Of a stretch of 64,000 nucleotides of DNA, positions 1 through 13,100 are shown piece by piece. Position numbers and translations under genes: made by a program. Positions within the stretch are counted from its first letter, which is position 1; every line of letters begins with the position of its first letter. This DNA is from Chlorokybus atmophyticus (Eukaryota > Plantae > Mesostigma and Chlorokybus algae): positions 1,721,932 to 1,785,931 of the forward strand of contig RHPI01002090.1 of the NCBI GenBank assembly GCA_009103225.1, read 5' to 3'. Below the pieces are notes generated by a model. That model saw only the letters and a list, made by a program, of their open reading frames with translations, ran no database searches and had not been told where the DNA came from.

Positions 1-2529
1 CATCCTCATTGTACTCAGCTAATATGTGTTTCATGATGGCAAACCGCACAACTACTTTACAACTTGCGGTTGAACTTGCGGTTTGCCAACACCCCTTTCA
101 TAATGAGAAACATGCATGCTACCGGCAACTCGCAGGATGGAGTTTGACATGCTTACCATAGGTTTATACATGAAGGTAAGGGTCTGCAGCCGCTACAACT
201 TGAAATAAGACATGCCTTCCCAATGTTCAATGTGAACTACCAGGCTGTTTAACCTACATGCGCAAAAGGTTATTCTAAAACATTTGCAATATGGTGTTAC
301 GTGCGCATTGCTTTAAGGTTGTTATGTCTTATACAATAAGAAAACACAAAATGTAAACATGTAACCGCTAGCACATACGCATGCTCAGGTTTGCAAGGCT
401 ACATGTGGTACGGGGTTGTGTATGTGATATTAATTCTAATAAGGGACACGAGTACCAACATTGGTCTCAGCAAAGCTAGTCATGAGACACTTGACGAAAG
501 AATCATTGACGCGTTGAGATGTTAACCATTACATTGATAAATTGAAGTTGGCCTCATTTATAAAAGTGACAATTGCAATTACCAACTATGTGTATATAGA
601 TAACTATGTGTTGTGCAGCTGATGGCATTATGTGCATGTGTGTAGCGTTGTGTGCACATTTAGTTGCTCGTTTCCCACGCGCTGTGGCTTGGCTTCAACA
701 TGCGTCATCACTACCACAAGTTAAGTGTTGTTACTTTTACCTCTTTTTTCTTTATGAAAGGTATTCACTTGTATTGTTTTAACATGATTTGATATTGTTC
801 GTGTGCGCATGTGCATGAGCGTGAGCGACGAGCGTCCGTGTGTGCGTCCGTGTGTATCGCATGCTGCAGGTGTGTGTCATGCCTCGCAGATGATGGATTT
901 GCCTAAAGTGCAAATGCATAGCATAGCAACCTCTTAACATATAGCTTATTATTAGCGTATAGCGTGGACATCGCTAGAAAGCTAGCAGTAGTGCGATTTT
1001 TGTAACTCATTTATGTTTGTTGTAAACTTGGCTTTAATATTTGATGTCATTGCTATTTTGTATACGATGGTTTTACGGATTGCCACCTGCATGTTACCAC
1101 TGCTTTAAGTGTTGCATGAGCAATTTGCAAGTAAACACCATATATGGTGTTGCTGTATATACTTGCATATGCCAGTCGTGAACACCATGCCGCATGTAAT
1201 AATGTATGTTTCCGACCACACATGTTATGTCTACACCAGTATGGTTCGCAAACCATGGATAAGATGATAACGTAACACCATATATGGCCTAACCGGTGCA
1301 CGATACTAATCGTGCATAATTACAACGTGTATGGTATAAGTACTATATTATACTGGTGTTAATGTTCATAACGTATATGATCTGAATTATTTGTTATAAC
1401 ACGATCGGTATGGTTTGCGAACTATAAACAAGTCAACAACAATTACCATATATGGTCTTGTGTCGCAAGGTGTGACGTATGATCATGAGTGTGTGTTGAA
1501 TCATGCACTGGTGGTGACCACGGTTGTGACCACTTATGGCTCACGCTGACTTTCCTATGTGTTTGGGCTATGTGATAAGACTATCCACACTAGACATCCT
1601 ACCATCATGGTATCGCACGCGGGGTCATATACTTATTTAGCTGCAAACCAGAGCCGCGATGGACAAACCAACTTAAAAATTCAAACGGCATTGATATTAC
1701 CAGGGTTTTCAACAGACCGTACTAGATTCGAGAATGTACGACAATTCATTTGTTACATGTGTTTAAAATAACAGACCATGAGTTTGGATGTGGTCTACAT
1801 TCATCCAATCTCGATAGATACTTATAGGGTAGCTAGCAGAGCATGGTAGATTTAAACAGGGGTAGATGCATGCTAGGTGCTGCTTAGAATTTTTGTTTGG
1901 CGTAGTGTGAAAGTAAATGCTAGTTTAGTATGCATGCAATGAAGTTTTCATTGCATGCTGGGGCAGGCAAGATCACTGTAAGGAGGTGCGATGGAGGTAG
2001 CCGGTACGTCTAGCTTTGGATGATGTAGTTCGCAGGCAACGAACACAGTAGATACACCCGTATAAGCAAGCACAGGCGCACGCGCACAAGATCGACCATT
2101 AAAGTGGGCAGATGAACAGTACAAGTATACAACTCAAGGGTTTGGGTAGCCAACACATACAAGGCTATATCTCACTTAGTGGTTGCGTGCATGCACAAGC
2201 CTTGTGTACTGTAACATCGGCGCCTGAACCATTATGCTACGGCAGCAAAAGTTGCTACCATAGGAGGAGCCACATGCCATGTAACCATGTCCCATACCAT
2301 GGTATGACATTCCTCTCTACTTATCACCCAAAGGCTAGGGTCATCCCCCACGTCATCTATCGGGCTTGCCGCGACCAGCCCGCGGCCGCGCAAGTCGCGT
2401 GCCGCAGCTGACCCTCAACCCCGTCCCCATTGGACCGGACCCTCGTCACTGCGCGCCGACTGCCGACACACGTCAGATTGCAACCGCTCCGACGGTTGTA
2501 GGTCATAAGTACCACCGCTTCAAGGGTGC

Positions 2530-2857
2530 TGTAAGGAGGGGTGCTACCGCCCCCTGTAATCCCCTACCCCAACACCGCCACCAGCCAGGCCGTTATTACC
2601 GCCGCCGCCAGGGGCAACTGCCAAAGCGGAAGATCCCTAGGCTATGGCGGTCGCTGCGTTAGCAGTGCTGCCATACAGTTGATACTGACACGAGACTCAT
2701 GTCGATATCAGTGTTACAGATAATTAACACTACATTAGGGCCTTAACATTAGATTAACGGCCCTAATACGGCTTGATTGGCTGTATATACCCGTTGGGAC
2801 CCTTATTTATTCCTAAATAAGGGCGGGGAACCTCTATAAAGGTAGCACTCCGTCACA
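2530..2857 (-). repeat. 3' LTR of chromovirus copy 1
   Basis: TG...CA termini with an imperfect terminal inverted GTGCTACC motif. Homologous to 8902-9244, 14621-15486 and 17428-17784. Confidence 0.9.
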
Positions 2858-2949
2858 TTCCCCCACTTAGATTTCAATGTCCTCATTGAAAGATTAGCAA
2901 AGCCCCACCATGAGCATTAAAAAGCAAAGCAGTGACAGAACCAGGGCCA

Positions 2950-5900
2950 AAGCAGTAAAGGTGTCTGCCAGCACCCTTTTACCGTCCGCATGTGGACACA
3001 GCACTTCAGTACCCCCGAAGAATCTCTTGGCAGCTGGTAAAATTCCTTTCGGGCTCCCACGTGTTGGGCTCAACACCATACCCTTTTCATTTTACCAAGT
3101 AAGACGGCGCGCATCAGCGTCGAGGCTTACGGTGACTCAGGATTGCTTTCACTATACTAAAAAGTATCGTCGCCGTCCACTGCAACGGTGGGTGGAGGAG
3201 GTTGAACCCGACCGTCAGAACACAATACGGTTTCAGTACTCTCACATGAAACACATTGTGAATGCGTATCGACTTTGACAAGTCCAAATCATACGCGTAA
3301 GTGCCGACCCGATCGGTCGCTTTAAAAGGGCTTATCCAACGAGGGAAAAACTTGAGAGTACCCACTCCCTTGATGGATATCTTTTTGGTGCTCAGAAGCA
3401 TCGAACAACCCTCATCGTGGTTGGCCTCTCTACGATGCGCATCAGCTTGGGCTTTTTATCGCTGCGCGCAAACAGTCTTTTGCCAACGCTAACCTATCAT
3501 GCATGGCCAAAGCCATCTCGCGCGCTGCAGGTACGAGTCATGTCAGCAGCGGGCAACTGGATACTTGCAGGACTTAGTAATTTAAGTTATTTAAGAAAAA
3601 CGGAGATTCCTGCACACTCTCTTGCCATGCATTTTTAATGGTGAACTCAGCCATTGAAAGATAGACATCCCAATCACTCTGGTTCCGACTCACATAATGC
3701 CGAATGGTTTCCTCGATCACTTGATTGGCACGTTTAGTCTGACCATCCGTTTGCGGATGATTAGCTGTGCTCATATTCTGTTGAATTTATAGGAAGCTGC
3801 ATAGCGACTTTCAGAATTGAGCCACAAATCGCACATCGCGATGAGACACAAAGTTGCAGGGCAAGCCATGCAACTTAAACACATACGCGACAAAAACCAT
3901 TGCTAACTCACGGGAGACTATTTTCGTGTGACAAGGGACAATGTGAACCAGTTTGGTTAAACGGTCCACAAACCGCAACCGCAGTGTGACCTAATGCTGT
4001 CTCTGGGAGCTTGGTAATCAGGTCCATACTCACACTTTCCAATCTGCCATTAGGAACAGGCAATGGTCGCAGCAACCCGCTGGGTTGCTGACGTAGCAGC
4101 TTGTCACGCTAACATTTGTCACACGTGTCCACATAATGCTTTACGTCAACAGGCAACGATGGCCACCAATACAACTGTTGCGCTGCCTTGACAGACTTGC
4201 GACTGACAAAGTGCCCAGCGTATGGTGGATCGTGTACATCAGCTATGCATTTCACACGCAACTCGGCATGGTTAGGTATCACCAAGCTGGTGCCCACGTA
4301 GTACAAATTGTCAATGTTCTTTTGCATGTTCTCTTCTGAAGAGAAGCATGGGTCTGAAGCATACCCTTCCACAGCTTGCACAACTTCATTGTTTGGAGAC
4401 AATGTACTGCGTGTCGCAAGCAATTGCGCACGCATACCTGCCAACAATGACGGACATCGACTCAGAGGATCAGCAACATTGCTTTTGCCTGGCCGGTATA
4501 CCCATACAAAAGTAAACCGGAAAAGGAACTTATTCCAGCGAGCTTGTCTACGTGACAAGTTTTGCTATGTCGAGAAGTACACCAATGCATTATGAATAGT
4601 CACCATTGTGAATTGAACCCCCTCCAAGTAACATTGCCATGTTTTCAGAGCATGTACTATGCCAAGCAACTCTAGTTGAGTGGTAGTGTAGTTCACCTCT
4701 GCAAGGATGAACTTCCTTCTCTCATAAGCATATCGTCTGCCATCTTGCAACAGTACTGCACCACCCACCCACCACACCCAAGGGTGGACGCATTGCTAAC
4801 CATGGTGAAGTGCATGTCCCAGTTGAGCAATGCTATCACTGGAGCTGAAGTCAAAGCTAGCTTCACTTGCATAGCAGCTTGTTGTTCAGCTGTCGACAAA
4901 AATGGAGCGTTTTTTTGCAACAGTTTTGTCAAGGGCACCACGTCGCAAAATGTTTCCCTTGCCGGCCGACTGAATATTGGCAACGGCCGTGCACCTGAGG
5001 ATACTTTTCTAGACTGTCGACCTTCAGTCTATCGGCGATCTCGATACAGGGACCTGAGCATAACGGCCGTCATCAGTAGTTGGCGGCCGTCTGCATGAAG
5101 GGACTGACTCTAATTAATAGGCGCCTGTCAGGTACTCAACAGTTAAGTAAAGGGGACTTGACCTAACCAACAGGTAATTGACCGGTATCTATCAGTTAGG
5201 TACGGGCGAATGTACGCTAACTGAGCGAAATTGTCAAGTACCTTAAGGTACCTACCGATAATGATGTGTACCTTTATAAGCACCTGCTGGTACCGCTCAG
5301 TTAGGATTGGGTGTCACATGTGATTGTCGTCATCAGCTGTGCAAGAATGCGTAACAAATCATAAAAACAAAAAAATAAATAATTTACAATGTAAAATGCT
5401 GAGCTACTACTACTACTGCTAGTACAACTAGACTACCACTACTGCTACCACTACCACTACTGCTACTACTACCTTAGGTACTACTGCTAGTACTACCCTT
5501 ATACTGAGCTGCGGCTCCTGCACGGCCCGCTCCAGCTCCGCCGCCGCCGTTCTTTCTCCGCCGCCGCTGCCGCTGCCTGGCCTGGTCTGGCCTAGCCTGG
5601 CCGCTATAACGCAAGGAGGGTGGTTAGATGGCATGCGGTGTTGCGTGTAGTACAACGTTAGACAGCAACCAAGCTTACACCTACTGTCCGCCGCCGCCGC
5701 CGCCGCCGCCCACAAACGCTCTGTTCAACTTAAAGCCGTTGAGCGTTTGAATAACTTGGGCAGCCCAAGTTATTCAAACGCGTTGTTAAAACGTGACTCG
5801 CAACGGCATTATCGTGCCATTGCGACAATGGCACTGTTCGTACCATTGACATAGTACGGCGGCTGCATTGTACCAGCGTCTCGACTTGCCGGCCGGTACA

Positions 5901-8216
5901 ACCGTCCCGACTTGCCGACCTTTAGGGACCGGCGGTCACTTGCTTATTATACTTGACACACAATAAATAGGTTGCCGCCGCGTTAAGTGCACGACCGACG
6001 ATCGACCGTCATTAATAAACGCGGTAAGGTCACCTGATAGGGACTAACGGTGACTGGCTTGCCAAAGTAGGCAGGCCGTCGCGCATACTTTTCGACGGTC
6101 AGGGTACGACCGACGGTCGGCCGTCACTGTATGTGACCAAAACGTGACTTATCTGCTATACGGATAGGTCGCCATCGCGCAAATGGGTTTAAGGTGACGA
6201 CCGACAATCGGCCGTCACCTTTAAGTGCAGTGTTGCCGTCACAGGCAGGCCGCCGCCGATTGTACTTATCGGTTGACCGCTTGCCGTCGGTATACGTTGC
6301 TTGATAGTAACGGCCGTCCTAAAAAGTCCCGTTATAGACCAATCCGTTACGTCACGTAGGGTCAGGCAGGGTCAGGCACCCGTCAGTCCCTCAATCCCTT
6401 GTCAGTCACCATGTAAACTTTGCAATGCACAACTGTAGAATACCCCATCATACACTTGCGAAAGTAGTTTGCCAATCCCAAGAATGATTGCAGGTGATGT
6501 ATACTCTTAGGTTGAGGCCAATCTTTACACCTTGCACCTTGCAAGGGTCAGGTTTAACATCCGCACCGCTCACAATGTGCCCCAAGAATGGCAACTCCGT
6601 TTTCCAAAAGTCACACTATGCAAGGTTGGCAAACAAGCGACGTGTATGCAGTAAGGCAAACACCGCTTCCAAGTGCTGCTTATGCACTTTCTTGGTTTTA
6701 CTGAAGACAATGATGTTATCCAAGTAAGCCATAACATACTTGCCAAGTATGCCACCAAAAATCTTATTTATTTCCTTCTGAAACATTGCGGGCGCATTAG
6801 TTAGTTTCAAAGGTAACACTTTGTACTTGTAATGGCTTGAAGGTGTTCTAAATGCTGTCTTGTAAACATCAGAAGGATGACTCCGGATTTAATTGTACCC
6901 ACTTGTCAGGTCCAGGGTACTGAAGTACGGATTTTCCCACAGTTTATCAAACACATCATCAATTCGTGGTAACGGGTATCGATTCTTTACCGTGATCTTG
7001 TTCAACACGGTAATCCACACACATGCGTAGCTTTTCCATTCTTGTTCATCACAACAAAATGGGCGCGCTAAAGGGTGAAGAACTCGGTTCAATCAATCCC
7101 TTTTGTAATAATTCCTTGATCTGAGTTTTCATTTCCCTCTCCCTCTCGCGGGTGCTCAGCCTATATATAAGCCGAAACGGAGGCTCACTACTCAAAAACG
7201 AGTGGTATAGTGTTTCCGACACCTCGATCAGGAGATAAGCCTAGCAACTCATCTGAGAACACATCTTAGTAATTCTTAATGATGTCTGCAACACCTTTTG
7301 CCCGGCATAAAGTCGTCAGATGATGTCAAGTGGACAAGAAAAGCATGTGTGTTTGTGCGCACCGCACCTTTCACTTGCAGTGCAATGAGTAGCGCAGGGT
7401 CGAGCTGCTTGTGCTCCAAGCTATGTGACCCTTTCACAGACAATGTTACACGCTTACGACCTTTCTTTACTGTGCATAGGCGTGCGCCGGTATCCAGTGT
7501 TATTTTGATATTTTCCTGCCATTCCTGTTCTAATACTACATCAACACTTGATATGTTGATGGATACTACTATGAAAGTAAGAGTGGCATGATAATTACCA
7601 AAGATTACCTTCATTTTCATCTCCCCTTTTACTGGCAACGCACCCCCTGCACCGGCAGCTGAAAATGCTGAGGGTTTACACGCTATCTTGTTGCGCACAA
7701 CGCAGTGTTCCTCAACGAAGTTGTGTGTTGCACTAGTGTTAATCAAGGACGAACTGTTTACACCTTGCATTGTGCCACCGAATGTCCACAACAGGGGTAC
7801 CACCCGTCCTTGAAATGTAGCCAAGAGTCCGTGACTAATGCGAGGGTTGATTAATATTGCCGACAATCGTACTATCCCTGCTTCACGCTTGCTAAATTGC
7901 TTCAGCACAGTACCCCCCCGAGTATGCTTGGACCATGGGCTATGATACTTTGGCATCATCACCACCATACTCAACGTGTTGTGCTTCTTTTGCAACTCAA
8001 TCACTGCATGCAACACAACGGTTAGCATGTTGAATTCCACATGTACCAGCACACAAGCGCTCTCTTCCATTTTTTAACACCAAAAAGTGGCAACTTGTCA
8101 TGTGCTTGCCATGCATGTGTCATCACATGCACTTGGGACAGATTATCAAACCAGTTTGCTGCAAGCATCTTAAGCAATTGGCTATTAACCATCTCTACAC
8201 CAGTCACGGCGTACTC
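2950..8216 (-). pseudogene. pol of chromovirus copy 1 (PR-RT-RNaseH-IN-chromo), frameshifted and interrupted at 4941-6427
   Basis: Degenerate protease site INTSATHNF; RT motifs NRYPLPRIDDVFDKL, STLDLTSGY and YLDNII; RNaseH AEVNYTTTQLELLGIVHALKTW; IN HPQTDGQTKRAN; GPY/F-like SPFKATDRVGTYAYDL. Many stops and frameshifts. Confidence 0.92.
4941..6427. mobile_element. Non-autonomous TIR DNA transposon (CACTA/CMC-like) inserted in pol of copy 1
   Basis: Interrupts the codons TVV|VPL of pol. Ends are CGTCGCAAA...TTTGCAATG, an inverted repeat once CpG decay is allowed. 2-bp duplication CA at 4939-4940 and 6428-6429. Many ACGGCCGTC/GACCGTC subterminal repeats near both ends. No transposase ORF. Confidence 0.75.
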
Positions 8217-10115
8217 CTATTCAACCTTCTTGGCTTTGCCCTTCGCCTTGATAGGGCAGTTCTTTGCAATGTGGCCCGCCTAATGACAGACGTAACAAAT
8301 ACGAGCCGCAGCAGGTGTAGCACCACCTGCAGATGTGCCACCAGTGTAAGGCATGAATGTCTTCGCCTTTTTTGCCGTGTGCGCAGTGGGCTAGGGGTAA
8401 CGCTTTCCTCCCACCCCCTGCGGCTTAGCCGCAGACGCCACATGTGTCTTCTCCTGCACTGTGTCATCACTGTATAGATACACGCTCAACTTCTGCAGGT
8501 TGGCCATGTCCTCAGGAAACCAAGGAAGTCCCGTTGCCGTGTTGTATTGCAGCTGATTGCGCACACGCGCGTCTAAGCCGCGCTTGTACAATTTCTACTG
8601 CTTAGCCTTGTCCATGGGCATGAGGCCACTGTTCACGCGACCCACCAATGCTTGGAACTCCTGCAGATAGATTGAAGCCGCCGGGCCATTCTGTCGCAAC
8701 TTCTTGAGCTTGTTGCGAGCCTAAGTAGCCGGATCCATGCCATAGCGCTCCACAAGGAACTTGAATAGCGCTTCCACTGTTTTGGCTGCACCATCCTCTG
8801 TTTGCCTCGCCCACTTGGCGAGAGCATCAGATGGCATGAGCAACTCAGCAACAGCAATGTGCTCACCAACTGGGCGCTTCGGTGGTCAAGCATGGCTCAA
8901 TTGTAACGGATTGCTACCGCTATGCGGTTCCCCGCCTTTATTTAATGAGAAATAAGGGTCCCAACGGGATAAACACAGCCATTAGAGTCGTATGAGGGCC
9001 TTTATCCTTTATAGGTTATAATTAGGGGTTATGTTATGCAACACCAATATCAACTTGAGACTCATGTCTCTACTGAGACATGAGTCTCAAGTCGATATCG
9101 GCCGCATGGCGACGCTGCTAACGCAGCGACCGCCATAGCTAGGGGATCTTTCAATCCCTTGGCTGCTAACGGCGGCGGCGACGTTGCTGTGGTGGTTGTG
9201 TTGGGGTAGGGGATTAAAGGGGCGGTAGCACCCCCCTTCTTACATTTGGTATCCGAGCGAGGGCCTGGGGGGGGCGGCGGCGGAGCGCAGAGGCGGCAGT
9301 CGGCACTGCTCAGTGCCGACGTCAGGCCGGCGGCTTGACAGCGGCGGCAGCTAGCAGCCGCTACCCACTGGGGTGGGTAGTAGTAGTTGTTGGCTAGTTG
9401 TTGTTGTTGTATAATTGTATAGTTGTATAGTGCTGCTGTTGGTGTAGCCTTGCCTTGCCTTGCTTGCTTAGCCTAGCCTAGCTTGCCTAAGCATAGCTTG
9501 TTAGTGTGAAGGGGAGGCGGCCACTCAGGCAGCCTCACCTCAAATATTGCATCCCAGCACATCATTGTAATTTAAACTATCACATAATTACATGTGAGTG
9601 TGCTCGTGGTTGGGGCTGCCACCACGTGGATTCGTGGTGGTGTAAGGGGGGGTTGTGGTTGTTTACACTTCTCCCACCCCAAGAAAGCAATCTAATGCCA
9701 ACTTGGGCTGTTTTGGCTGCTATTCAGTGCAGTAGGGCTGCCAGAATCATTGTGGGCGGTCGATATCAAACCCTCGACTCACAACTTGTTGACATCAGCC
9801 TGTAGGGCTAATTCAACAAGAGTTAGGCACCTTTTGTGTCATTTACAATCGTGAGTTGAGCAGGGTTGTACAAAGTGAAAACTTTGAGTTGTTGTAGCCT
9901 GCGAACCGTCACGTGGATTCACGTACGGTTTGTTTACAAGCAAGCGTCTTGTTGAGAGGTGTTGGGCGGTCATTTAACGTGCTGTTTAGCCCAAGTATAG
10001 CACCTTGAAATCAACGAGAAAGAAACAACAAATTTTGACACTTTCAGAGTGCTCAACTCGTGTGCTTGTGCAGTTGTGCACTTGCAACTTATTGACGGCT
10101 TGTCTCCTTGGGCAG

Positions 10116-13100
10116 ATGTCTTACCAAGGAGAGGAAGGCGGCATGTATCATGAGGATTCATCCTATGAGCCATCAAGTGATGAGGAAGTGAAGCACTCGA
10201 AAACGAGTGGTGGTTACAATATTGATGTCAGCGAGGAGGAAGAAGCCAAGTCCAAGAGTGGTGAAGCTTCTTCAAAAAAGTCCTCTTATGACGAACAACC
10301 TATGGACGCTCAGAGCATCACCGGGGCGGCATAGCGAAGTATTAATCAGAGCGTGAGGCTCTTCTTGCCGCACACCCCCAGCTTCGCAAGGAAGTGTGGG
10401 ATGAGTGGGCGCAGCAAGTCCGTAATGCATATGAGACGGACTTCGCGGCACTCCCGTGCGCAAGCAAGGAGATGGTGATTCGCATGATCGAGCACGAGTT
10501 GACGCGTAATGTACCGCAACTCATGCGCACAGATCTAGCAGTGGCCGCTCTTATGGCCACTTATAACAAACTAGGCCCGTATCCAGGCCAGAGGATGGCG
10601 TTCGAGGCTCTCACCTTATTGACGGTGGAAACTCAGAAGCGTTGCAAGGACCTCTTCTGGTGCTTAGGGCCTGAGCTGGAGGAGAGGTTAGCTCGAGAAG
10701 AGCGCTTGACTGCACGCCTCAATGCTATGCAGTCCCAGTTGGTGGCATTATGCCAGCAGGTGGCCGGGGCTATCACAACTGTAGCAGGGACATCAATTGG
10801 CCTACCCGTCACAGCGCTGAACAAGCCCGAGAATTTCAAGCCCAATGGGGCTGTGAACATTCATAATTGGGTGGTGAATGTGAAGCGCTACTTGGCTGCA
10901 CTTCAGCGACCAGTTAGTGAGCATACATCTGTTGCTGAGCATGTTGCTGAGCATACATCTGTTTCTGACCATGGCTAAAGCATACTCGGGGGGGAACTGT
11001 GTTGAAACAATTCACAAAGCGTGAGACGGGGACAGTGCGGTTGTCAGCTGTATTGATTAACCCACGCATCAGTCATGGAATCTTGGCTACCTTTTAAGGG
11101 CGAGTAGTACCTTTATTGTGAACCTTCACAGGCACGGCACAGGGTATTACTAGCTCGTTCTTGAATGACACCGGGGCAACGCATAACTTCATCGAAGATA
11201 AACATAAATGGGTTATGCGCAACAAGATAGCGTGTAAACCCTCAGCCTTCTCAGCTGCTGGTGCTGAAAGTGCGTTATGAGTTAAAAGTGAAATCGAGTT
11301 GAAAGTTAAGATTGGTAGTTATCAAGCCAACTTAACTTGCATTATTGTACCCATTGACATAGCTGGTGTTAATGTGGTATCTGGGCAGAAATGGCAAGCT
11401 CAAGTGTCTATAACATTAGATACTGCTGCACGGTTGTGCACAGTAAAGAAGGGACGTAAGGGCATCACTTTGTCCGTGCAAAGGTCGCATAGTTTGGAAT
11501 ACAAGCAAATTGACCTTGCGTTACTTACGGCGCTTCAAGTGAAGCGTGCGTTACGTAAAAATACACCTGCTTTTCTAATGCACTTAACATGGAGTGATGA
11601 TGTAGTGCCTGGCAATACAGGAGGTGTGGCGGACATCATTGAAAAGTTTCAGGATGTGTTCTTAGATGAGTTGCCGGGCTTGCCCCCTGATCAAGGTGTC
11701 AGGCACACAATACCTTTAATTCCTGATAGTGAGCCTCTATTTTGGCCTATAATTAGGTTGAGCCCTCGTGAGAGGGGGGAAATGGAAACACAGATAAAAG
11801 AGTTATTGGAAAAGGAATTGATTGAATTAAGCTCTTCACCCTTTAGCGCACCCATTTCGTTTGTTATGAAAAAGAATGGGAAGTTGCGCATGTGTGTGGA
11901 TTATCGTGCTCTAAACAAAACACCTATACAAAACAGATACCCGTTGCCAAGGATTAATGATGTGTTTGACAAGTTGTCCGGGAATGCGTATTTTGGTATG
12001 CTAGACTTGACAAGTGGCTATCATCAAATCCAGATTCATTCTTCAGATGTCTATAAGACGGCATTCAGATTACATACGGGCCATTATCATAATACAAAAT
12101 GTTACCTTTGCAATTGACTAACTTACTCAAGCACCCGATGTGTTTAGAAGGAAATGAATAAACTTTTCGGTGATATGCTTGGTCAACATGTCATGATATA
12201 CTTGGATGACATCATTGTCTTTAGTAAAACAAAGGAAGATTATAGGCAACACTTGAAAGCGGTGTTTGCAAGATTGCGCAAGCATCGTTTGTTGGCAAAT
12301 CTCACCAAGTGTATTTTTTGTAAAACGGAGTTGCCCTTTCTTGGTCACATTGTGAGTGGTGCGGGTATCAAACCTGACCCTGGCAAAGTGCAGATTGTGA
12401 AAGAGTGGCCCCAACCTCAAAATGTCCATCAATAAAGGTCGTTTTTAGAGTTGGCAATTTACTTTCGCAACTTGCGAAACTTGAAGTTCATGATGGGGTA
12501 CTCAATAGTTGTCATGCCTTTAACCAAATTGTTGCGTAAAGATGCCCCGTTCACTTGGACAACAGCACAAGAAGTTGCTATGCAAAAGGTGATGTTGGCT
12601 TAAAATCAGCGCCGGTGTTAGCACTGCCAAATTGGGACAAACACTTCACAGTGGTCAGTGTCGCATCAACATTTGGGTGTGGTGCGGTACTGTTGCAAGA
12701 TGGCAGACCTTGTGCTTATGAGAGTAGGAAGTTCATTCCTGCAGAAGTGAACTACACTACGACAGAGCAAGAACAATTGAGTATAGTTCATGCTCTTGAA
12801 ACATGGAGATGTTACTTGGAGGGTGTTCAGTTCACTGCTGTGACTGATCACAACCCGTTGGTGTATTTCTCAACACAGCAAAACTTGTCGAGACGGCAAG
12901 CGTGCTGGAATGAGTTTTTGTCCAGGTTCACCTTTGATTGGTGTATCGGCCGAGCGGAACCAATGTGGCTGACCCTTTGAGTCGTTGACCGTCATTACTA
13001 GCGGTGATGCGCGTGCAGTTACTTGCGACACGCAGCACATCGTCTCCCGATGATGAGTTTGTGCAAACTGTTGTACAGGGATACGCTTTGGACCCGTGGT

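Noticed and set aside
5126-5318. TG...CA-bounded segment resembling a solo LTR inside the TIR element
   Set aside because: There is no TSD and the boundaries are uncertain. The only support is shared GGTACCT motifs with 20902-21222.
8200-8219. In-frame TAG between gag and downstream sequence as a possible programmed readthrough site
   Set aside because: It cannot be distinguished from a CAG-to-TAG deamination, and copy 2 lacks this region for comparison.
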